Shown here in pieces: positions 57,524-64,000 of a stretch of DNA of 64,000 nucleotides. How positions within the stretch are numbered: position 1 is the first letter of the stretch; every line of letters starts with the position of its first letter. The stretch spans positions 64,453-128,452 of the forward strand of contig JBAQFO010000014.1 of the NCBI GenBank assembly GCA_049287305.1, in the 5' to 3' direction. The translations under genes and the position numbers were made by a program. The stretch is from Minisyncoccia bacterium (GTDB lineage: Bacteria > Patescibacteriota > Minisyncoccia > Phycocordibacterales > UBA9973). The notes under the pieces were generated by a model. It was given only the letters and a program-made list of their open reading frames with translations, ran no database searches and was not told where the DNA came from.

Positions 57524-58681
57524 TTACATGTAGCTTATAACTTTACCTTTGGTTAATTTTGAATTTATTAAAACTTTCGGTTCAACGCTTCTCGTGATTT
57601 TCCCCGCCACCCTAGCTTTTATTCCGAAATCCTCCGCTCTTTTTATGCAGTAATCCGCATCCTTTTCCTCTATTATTAGTAGCATGCCTTGCCCTCCGTT
57701 CCAAACCTCATAAAACTCTTCGTCGGAAATTTTTCTCCATTCTGCGCAATTCTTCATAATTAAAGGAGGTTCCCATAAATCAAAAAGTTCTGCTGAAAGA
57801 TTCTTTGGGAAAAGAATATCTTTTGCCAGTTTTTCTTTCAGCGCTCCTCCGGAAAGGTGGACGATAGACTTAATATCTATTTCCGGCTTGAAATTTTCAT
57901 CAAACCATCCGTGTAAGGTATTAACAAACATATCGTATAAAATGGAAGGGTGAGCAGCCTGTTTAATACTTTCTTTGGCCTCTGGATTATTCCACCACTC
58001 TCCGCCGAATTTTTCCCTTAAAGCCTTTCGCACGGAACTTATGCCATTACAACGAAACCCTTCTTCCTTGAGAGCAATAATAACCTGCCCTTCCATAAGA
58101 CTATCTCCTGTTATCATTTTGTCGGGGTGGTAAGCGCCGATCATTACCCCCGACCAGTTTAATTTTGTTTTGGAATCGGTAATTTCGGAGCCTAAGGCAT
58201 CCCCCATCTGAGCAGTCTCACCTTTTAAAACTACAACTTTGCCCTCTTTCGCGACCTCTCCCAAACCCGTAATCGCGCTTTTGTAAGTTTCGTTCACCTC
58301 GTCGCCCTTATTCCCAACAGAAGTGGTGTCAAAAATGTTTATGAAAACAAGCGGGACTCCTCCGAACCTAGTAATGTCGCTTGCCGTCATAGCAATAATG
58401 TCATACGCAGCTAATTTGTGGGTTTTGGCGGCGTCTATTAATATCCCTTTGGTGCCTATTCCGTCCGCGGATGCCTCGGTAAAATATCCGTTAGGAAGAT
58501 TTTTAAAAACAAAAGGCCTGGGGCCGCGAAAATTGCCCTGAGATAAGTCTTTTACCTCCACGAACGGAGAATTATTGTAGCTTGCTTTGCAAACAGACCC
58601 TGCAAAACTACTGAACAAGGCTTCTTCTTCTATGTCTACTCCGTCTTTGGAAGAATTTTTTTTCTTGGTCAGTTCGCTCAT
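57524..58681 (-). CDS. purM: AIR synthetase
   Basis: Aligns with the E. coli PurM N-terminus (DGVDIEEE, SADGIGTKGILID, DIIAMTASDI, GETAQMGD). Confidence 0.75.
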   Translation of the reverse strand: MSELTKKKNSSKDGVDIEEEALFSSFAGSVCKASYNNSPFVEVKDLSQGNFRGPRPFVFKNLPNGYFTEASADGIGTKGILIDAAKTHKLAAYDIIAMTASDITRFGGVPLVFINIFDTTSVGNKGDEVNETYKSAITGLGEVAKEGKVVVLKGETAQMGDALGSEITDSKTKLNWSGVMIGAYHPDKMITGDSLMEGQVIIALKEEGFRCNGISSVRKALREKFGGEWWNNPEAKESIKQAAHPSILYDMFVNTLHGWFDENFKPEIDIKSIVHLSGGALKEKLAKDILFPKNLSAELFDLWEPPLIMKNCAEWRKISDEEFYEVWNGGQGMLLIIEEKDADYCIKRAEDFGIKARVAGKITRSVEPKVLINSKLTKGKVISYM

Positions 58682-58684
58682 GAT

Positions 58685-59200
58685 TTATTTTTCAAGATAT
58701 TTTTTATACCCAATCTCAGAAAGCTTATTGCCTTTTGCTTCTACTTCATCCGCCATCTTCTTTTTATAGGTTATGAGCTTGTCCTCTAAAGTTTTATCTC
58801 CCGTTGCCAGTATTTGCACCGCCGCAAGACCTGCATTTTTTCCGGAGTTAATACCTACGGTGATGACTGGAATTCCCGGAGGCATTTGCACCGTGGAGAG
58901 CAAAGAATCCAACCCGTCCAAGCTCTTGGCTTTAACAGGAAGTCCGATGACCGGCAGAGTTGTATGCGCGGCAATAACTCCGGCAAGGTGAGCCGCGCCG
59001 CCCGCCCCCGCAATTAAAACTTTTATTCCCCTGTCGGCTGCGCCTGCAGAATATTTCTGTGCCCGTTCTGGAGAACGGTGCGCAGAACCCACGGTTATAT
59101 CATAAGATACGTCAAAATCTTCCAGAACTTTGGCCGCCTCAGCCATTACTTCCAGGTCCGAATCGGAGCCCATAATTATTCCAACTTTTGGATTATTCAT
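58685..59200 (-). CDS. purE: N5-CAIR mutase
   Basis: [11 protein letters not shown]...SAHRSPE...[14 protein letters not shown]. Confidence 0.85.
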   Translation of the reverse strand: MNNPKVGIIMGSDSDLEVMAEAAKVLEDFDVSYDITVGSAHRSPERAQKYSAGAADRGIKVLIAGAGGAAHLAGVIAAHTTLPVIGLPVKAKSLDGLDSLLSTVQMPPGIPVITVGINSGKNAGLAAVQILATGDKTLEDKLITYKKKMADEVEAKGNKLSEIGYKKYLEK

Positions 59201-59236
59201 ATGAAGCTATTTTAGCATTTTGTGAATAAAAAACAA

Positions 59237-60535
59237 TCAGAGAGAAGGAGGAAGAGAAAGCGCTTTTTGCCCGATATCTTTGCGGTATTGCATTCCTTCA
59301 AACGATATACTTTCTATCGCTTTGTAAGCTTTTGTCAGAGCTTCTTTTAGTTTGTCTCCCGTTGCGGAGACTCCTAAGACTCTTCCTCCGTTTGTGACTA
59401 TATTGCTTCTATCAAATTTTGTTCCGGCGTGGAATACGACAATGTCTGGGTTTGTTTCTGCTTCGTTAATGCCAGAAATAACTTTTCCTTTTTCGTAGTT
59501 ACCGGGATAGCCACCCGAAGCTAGGACAATATTGCAGGCAAATCCGGATTTCCATTTTATATCCACCTTGTCCAATGTGCCGTCTATGCACGCATTAAAT
59601 ATATCCAAAATGTCAGTGTCCAGAAGTCGCATGTAAGTTTGGGTTTCGGGGTCTCCGAAGCGGGCGTTGTATTCCAAGATTTTCGGGCCGTCTTTTGTGA
59701 GCATGAGCCCGGGATATAAAAGCCCGGAAAAAGGCGTCCCCTCTTGTTCCATGGCTTTAATGCTTTGGGCTACAATTTGTTCTTCAATTTCTTTGATTAG
59801 CTTGCTCCCAATAAAAGGCAGAGGGGCTATTGTTCCCATTCCGCCAGTGTTGGGGCCGGAGTCGTTTTCTCCTATCTTCTTATGGTCCTGTGAAGGCGGA
59901 ATAATTTTATAATTTACGCCGTCTGAAAAGACGTGGATGGAAATTTCGGGCCCGGCCAAGAATTTTTCTATTACAATTTCCTTGCCAGCATCGCCAAAAA
60001 TTTTATTTATGAAAATGTCTTCAAGGGTTTTGTGGGCGTCTTCTCGAGTTTCGCAAATAATTACACCTTTACCTAGAGCGAGTCCGCTGGCTTTGATGAC
60101 AATAGGTAAAATCTGTTCATCAGCGTATTTTTTTGCACTATCAATATTGTTAAAAATTTCAAATTTGGCTGTGGGCAAGAAATGCTTCTTCATAAAATCT
60201 TTGGAAAAGGCCTTGGACCACTCCAGTCTGGACGCTGCTTTGGTTGGGCCCCAAATACGGAGATTTTCCTTTTTAAATTCGTCAACTATTCCAAGCGCCA
60301 ACGGGTCGTCAGGAAGCGCCAAAGTCAAACTAATATTTTCTTTTTTGGCAAACTCCAAAAGTTTCGGAATGTCGGTGGCTTGGATATCCATGTTTGTCCC
60401 TATTTTACTTGTTCCAGCATTGCCCGGGGCGAAATATATTTCGCCGGCGCGCATAGATTGTCTTACTTTCCAGCCTATCGCGTGTTCCCTCCCTCCTCCC
60501 CCTATGATTAAAATTTTAAGCCTGTTGTTATCCAT
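59237..60535 (-). CDS. purD: GAR synthetase
   Basis: KILIIGGGGREHAIGWK plus the ATP-grasp body. Confidence 0.85.
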   Translation of the reverse strand: MDNNRLKILIIGGGGREHAIGWKVRQSMRAGEIYFAPGNAGTSKIGTNMDIQATDIPKLLEFAKKENISLTLALPDDPLALGIVDEFKKENLRIWGPTKAASRLEWSKAFSKDFMKKHFLPTAKFEIFNNIDSAKKYADEQILPIVIKASGLALGKGVIICETREDAHKTLEDIFINKIFGDAGKEIVIEKFLAGPEISIHVFSDGVNYKIIPPSQDHKKIGENDSGPNTGGMGTIAPLPFIGSKLIKEIEEQIVAQSIKAMEQEGTPFSGLLYPGLMLTKDGPKILEYNARFGDPETQTYMRLLDTDILDIFNACIDGTLDKVDIKWKSGFACNIVLASGGYPGNYEKGKVISGINEAETNPDIVVFHAGTKFDRSNIVTNGGRVLGVSATGDKLKEALTKAYKAIESISFEGMQYRKDIGQKALSLPPSL

Positions 60536-61268
60536 TGGGATATAATTTTTTTGCGTTTTCTTTGCATTCGTTAAGCATTACCTCTTCTCCGGGCAGAATA
60601 AGCGGAGTTTTTCGGTGGAATTCTTCCACGGTGCCGTTTATGAAATCTTGCAAAAGTTCTATTTGGACTTCATGCTCAATTGGTAATACTCTCATTGAGA
60701 GCGTTTCAGCCGTGTCGTATGGCAAAATGGGAACTTGCTTGTTTTTTAAAACAATACCTTCGTCAAATTTTTCCGTAACTCTATGCGCTGTGGCTTCCGT
60801 CCAGAAATCCGTATTTGTTTTATTCACGAATTCTAGACGTGCTTGGTGCACCCGCATACCGAACATTCCCGCGCCACCGAAATCCGGTCTGCCATTGTCG
60901 AGAGGTCCGGGATGCTGGTTTATAACTCGGTCTTTGTATTTTTTAATAACATTTAGCGGTGTTTTCCAAAGCCAGCCGTATTGACCGATAAAATTCACGT
61001 CTCTTTTTTCGCACTCCTCTATTATTTTTTGTCCGAACTCTTCTCGGCTGGTAAAGTCTTTCGGGTTTATTATTAAAATATCCTCGTCCTTTATTTTTAA
61101 CGCCCGCGCCTTGGCAATACCCCCGGCCTCCGCACTACTTGAAATGACGAGAACTGGTTCGCAATTTGTTAATTTTCCGCTTCGGCAAGCCTTAATAATG
61201 GCTTCCATTGTCGTGCCGCTGCCGGAAATAAGCAGCGCGATTTTTAAGTTATTCTTTTGGTACGTCAT
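60528..61268 (-). CDS. purN: GAR formyltransferase
   Basis: KIALLISGSGTTMEAII, HPGPLD catalytic region. Confidence 0.8.
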   Translation of the reverse strand: MTYQKNNLKIALLISGSGTTMEAIIKACRSGKLTNCEPVLVISSSAEAGGIAKARALKIKDEDILIINPKDFTSREEFGQKIIEECEKRDVNFIGQYGWLWKTPLNVIKKYKDRVINQHPGPLDNGRPDFGGAGMFGMRVHQARLEFVNKTNTDFWTEATAHRVTEKFDEGIVLKNKQVPILPYDTAETLSMRVLPIEHEVQIELLQDFINGTVEEFHRKTPLILPGEEVMLNECKENAKKLYPNG

Positions 61269-62649
61269 GATTTACTTCAATGTTTCTTTCCTTTAAATCA
61301 ATAGGATATTCCCCGGTAAAAAAAGAGGTGGACAAATGGTTGGCCGGAAGACCTATGGATTTTATCAAATTAGGGAGGGATAAATAATGAAGACTGGTGG
61401 CTCCCAAGAATTTTCGGATTTCCTCCACTGTTTTGTTCGAAGCAATCAAATCTTTCTGCTCCGGGGTGTCTATACCATAAAAATCAGGGAATCGCACAGG
61501 GGGCGAAGATACCAAGAAGTGAACTTCTTTTGCTCCTGCCTTAAAAAGCGTTTGCACAAGCTTTCTGCTGGTAGTGCCCCGCACAATAGAGTCGTCTATT
61601 ACCGCTATTTTCTTACCTTTTAGCACTTGTTTAAGTGGAATAAGCTTTAATGCTACGCTGTGTTCTCGGGATTTTTGGTCGGGTTCAATAAATGTTCGGT
61701 GCACGTATCGGTTTTTTACCAAAGCCATTTCTATTGGAATTCCCGAAACTTCGGAATATCCCAAGGCTACGGGAGTTGCGGTGTCGGGCACAGGCACGAT
61801 CGCGTCAACCTTTAATTTGTGTTCATGAGCAAGAGCTTTGCCGAAATTTTTTCTCACGTCATAAATCAATTTTCCCGCCAGCACGCTGTCGGGACGGGAA
61901 AAATACACATATTCAAAAATATCATGCTTTGGCGTAGCTTTTGCCAGCTTAACGCTTTTTAATCCTTTTTTGTTTATTACCACCATTTCTCCCGGCACAA
62001 TTTCTCTGACAAATGAAGCACCAATGGTTTCCAGGGCGCAGGTTTCCGAAGCAACCACATAGCCTTTATCTATTTTACCCAACACTAGCGGACGCATGCC
62101 GAATGAATCTCGAACTGCCACCAGTGTGTCTTTGTTCATCATTACCAAAGAAAAAGCTCCGGTAATGAGCGGGAAAACTTTTTTTATCGCAACCGGAAGA
62201 GTATTCTTTTCTTTTAAATAAAAATTTATAGCGTCAGTTATGAGCTCGGAGTCCATGCGATTTTTTTGCAGTGTTTTTTTTGACAAAAGAAATTTTTCCA
62301 GCGCTTTTACACTAGGTAAATTCCCGTTATGAGCAAGCGCAAAAGTGTGCTCAAAATTTATTACAGGCTGGGCATGGTCAAGCGCCCCGCCACCCGAAGT
62401 TGAATATCTGTTGTGTCCAATTCCAATATATCCTTTTAAATTTTCAATATCTTTCTCTTTGTAAACTTGAGCTACCAAACCAGCGCCCTTATGGGAATGA
62501 AATTTCTTGCCGTCGCTCGTGGTAATGCCGGAAGCTTCCTGCCCCCTGTGCTGTAGGGCAAAGAGCGCGAAAAAAGCCAATCGAGAGACGGGTAATCCTT
62601 GACCGAACATTCCTACGATTCCGCATTTTTCGTTTAACTCCTCAATCAT
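61249..62649 (-). CDS. purF: Amidophosphoribosyltransferase
   Basis: Short propeptide MIEELNEK then catalytic CGIVGMFG; PRTase motif KKIAVIDDSIVRGTT. Start moved to 62649 (the ORF-track extension to 62907 would run through purQ). Confidence 0.85.
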   Translation of the reverse strand: MIEELNEKCGIVGMFGQGLPVSRLAFFALFALQHRGQEASGITTSDGKKFHSHKGAGLVAQVYKEKDIENLKGYIGIGHNRYSTSGGGALDHAQPVINFEHTFALAHNGNLPSVKALEKFLLSKKTLQKNRMDSELITDAINFYLKEKNTLPVAIKKVFPLITGAFSLVMMNKDTLVAVRDSFGMRPLVLGKIDKGYVVASETCALETIGASFVREIVPGEMVVINKKGLKSVKLAKATPKHDIFEYVYFSRPDSVLAGKLIYDVRKNFGKALAHEHKLKVDAIVPVPDTATPVALGYSEVSGIPIEMALVKNRYVHRTFIEPDQKSREHSVALKLIPLKQVLKGKKIAVIDDSIVRGTTSRKLVQTLFKAGAKEVHFLVSSPPVRFPDFYGIDTPEQKDLIASNKTVEEIRKFLGATSLHYLSLPNLIKSIGLPANHLSTSFFTGEYPIDLKERNIEVNHDVPKE

Positions 62650-63424
62650 TTTTATTAAAATACTTAATCGCGTTTTTAAAAATTTGCAATCCTGCGCCTT
62701 CTTTTTCCAGCTTTTTTTTCTCGTCAGAGGAACGGGCGAACATTTGCCACATTGGATTCTGGTGGGGAAACATCGCTCTCTCCGGATGAGGCATAAGACC
62801 CAACACTCTGCCATTATATGCCAAAACCCCGGCAATGTCATAATCGGAGCCGTTAGGATTCTTTTCCAGATTTTGATATTTGCAAATTTCTCCTTTTTCG
62901 TAAACAAAAGCTATCTCCCCATTCGCTTTCATTTTCTCATACTCTTTTGCGGAGACGACATAATGCCCTTCCCCGTGGGCAATTGGTATAGAAAGTTTTT
63001 TGATTCCCCCGAGCCAAGGGCTTTTGCCCACAACTTTCAAATCCACCCATCTGTCTATATATTTTCCGTTTTTATTGAAAGTAAGTCCTCCAGGCAGAAT
63101 TCCAAGATTGGTTATAATCTGAAATCCGTTACAAATTCCAATCACTAGAGTGTCCCGGGACAAAAATTCTTCCAGTTCTTTGCTTAAGTGGTTCTTGAAT
63201 TTGTTTGCGAAAGCTTTGCCACTGCCGGTGTCGTCGCCATAAGAAAATCCGCCAGGGAAAACAAGGACTTGGTATTGTGAAAGAATTTTTGGCTTGGCAA
63301 TAAGGTCGTTCAGATGCACTATGTTCGCCTCGCCGCCCGACCAATCAAAAGCGAATTTAGTTTCCTCTTCGCAATTAAGCCCGTAGCCCGACATTATTAT
63401 GATTTTTGGTTTTTTGTTTTTCAT
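62642..63424 (-). CDS. purQ: FGAM synthase glutamine amidotransferase subunit
   Basis: KIIIMSGYGLNCEEE..., GICNGFQII (catalytic Cys), HPERAMFP. Confidence 0.8.
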   Translation of the reverse strand: MKNKKPKIIIMSGYGLNCEEETKFAFDWSGGEANIVHLNDLIAKPKILSQYQVLVFPGGFSYGDDTGSGKAFANKFKNHLSKELEEFLSRDTLVIGICNGFQIITNLGILPGGLTFNKNGKYIDRWVDLKVVGKSPWLGGIKKLSIPIAHGEGHYVVSAKEYEKMKANGEIAFVYEKGEICKYQNLEKNPNGSDYDIAGVLAYNGRVLGLMPHPERAMFPHQNPMWQMFARSSDEKKKLEKEGAGLQIFKNAIKYFNKND

Positions 63425-63425
63425 A

Positions 63426-64000
63426 TTAATAAATCTCTTGCTGGTAACATTTTTCGCAATGTATAGGGTATTTTACCTGATCTTCTGGCTGATAAGAAGT
63501 GAGTATGTCAGTATCGCATTTAACGCATTTACCATTCCATAAATTTCTGATATTTCTTCTACTCATGCGAGCTGTGTGTCTGCAATTAAAACATTTTACT
63601 GGGATAGAAATTTTATTTCTTTTATAAAAATTTATTTCCCGACCAATCAACTTATAGTTTTTTTGGCAAGTTTCGCAGGTGAATATTTCATTTAAAAGGT
63701 CGTCACCAAACTCTTCCGGATTTTTAGGTATGTCCTTATTACTTATAGTTCCCTGTCCACTAGTGCTGGGTATGTTATCTTTCCATGAAAAGCCCTGAGC
63801 CAAGGCCTCTTCTTTAGTAAGAGGCATATATTCGTTGACTATAGCTTCATTATAACCAAGCGGGCTGAGTTCTTTTGGAAAAAAGTTGCCCCATTCCCCT
63901 GTTGCTTTTAAACTCTCAATTATTTTTTCTTTTAACTCCTCGTATTTGTCTTTACTGTATTGTTTGTTTAAAATACAAAAAGATTTTTTCCTTAAACCAT
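63426..64000 (-). CDS. Cysteine-rich multi-zinc-ribbon paralog family member 6 (5' end outside window)
   Basis: Frame continues open to the window edge: ...SFCILNKQYSKDKYEEL...GEWGNFFPKELSPLGYNEAIVNEYMPLTKEEALAQGFSWKD...CETCQKNYKLIGREINFYKRNKISIPVKCFNCRHTARM...HCEKCYQQEIY. Its stop is 1 nt before the purQ ATG (TAA-T-ATG). Confidence 0.8.
   Translation of the reverse strand, partial: GLRKKSFCILNKQYSKDKYEELKEKIIESLKATGEWGNFFPKELSPLGYNEAIVNEYMPLTKEEALAQGFSWKDNIPSTSGQGTISNKDIPKNPEEFGDDLLNEIFTCETCQKNYKLIGREINFYKRNKISIPVKCFNCRHTARMSRRNIRNLWNGKCVKCDTDILTSYQPEDQVKYPIHCEKCYQQEIY

Noticed and set aside
62650-62907. 86-codon N-terminal extension of the purF ORF
   Set aside because: It would run antisense-overlapping through purQ. 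PurF requires an N-terminal Cys after a short propeptide, and MIEELNEK-CGIVG at 62649 fits.
1-64000. CRISPR arrays, rRNA or tRNA genes
   Set aside because: No regularly spaced direct repeats were seen. Intergenic regions larger than 80 nt (17117-17387, 18498-18599, 24080-24295, 26835-26957, 47717-47923, 48251-48375) lack tRNA cloverleaf signatures such as GTTC-type TPsiC arms with matching acceptor stems.

Overview
This 64 kb window comes from an AT-rich (roughly 35-40% GC), small-genome bacterium with compact, often overlapping genes. Possibly Patescibacteria/CPR-like, but that is a low-confidence guess from gene content alone. I found no rRNA, tRNA or CRISPR.

Housekeeping content:
- Aminoacyl-tRNA synthetases cysS, trpS, aspS and gltX.
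- Ribosomal proteins L21, L27 and L9.
- dnaB, recR, dnaJ, scpA and scpB.
- Cell-wall genes mraY, ftsW/rodA, murG, a PBP2-type transpeptidase, ctpA, and M23 and M15 peptidases.
- A minus-strand de novo purine operon purQ-purF-purN-purD-purE-purM-purC-purB.
- phhA-phhB, pepN, prs and a riboflavin kinase.

The most striking feature is a paralogous family of large (about 560-580 aa) cysteine-rich proteins. Their N- and C-terminal zinc-ribbon-like modules are conserved and the central regions differ between copies. Six copies sit at three loci.
- Locus 1: an ArsR-type regulator gene flanked by two copies of an 18-bp palindrome, then two tandem copies, then a soluble TraD/VirD4-like P-loop ATPase. 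A truncated copy also lies at the window start.
- Locus 2: two copies just after scpA-scpB.
- Locus 3: one copy translationally coupled to the head of the pur operon.
I could not match the family to any named domain and flag it as the prime candidate for an undescribed system.

Other notable items:
- A T-box leader (exact AGGGTGGCACCGCG core, GAC specifier candidate, terminator) upstream of a small unknown ORF plus aspS.
- Three GC-rich islands in the AT-rich background: a small RBS-led unit at 19.4-19.8 kb, a VanX-like dipeptidase with a TrpR-like regulator at 25.4-26.8 kb, and a membrane-anchored protein at 33.0-33.6 kb.
- An 18-nt quasi-palindrome shared between the promoter of a TrpR-like gene and the convergent-gene gap after a Cys-rich paralog.
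- Duplicated promoter-like repeats around a small unknown gene.
- An APH(3')-like kinase.
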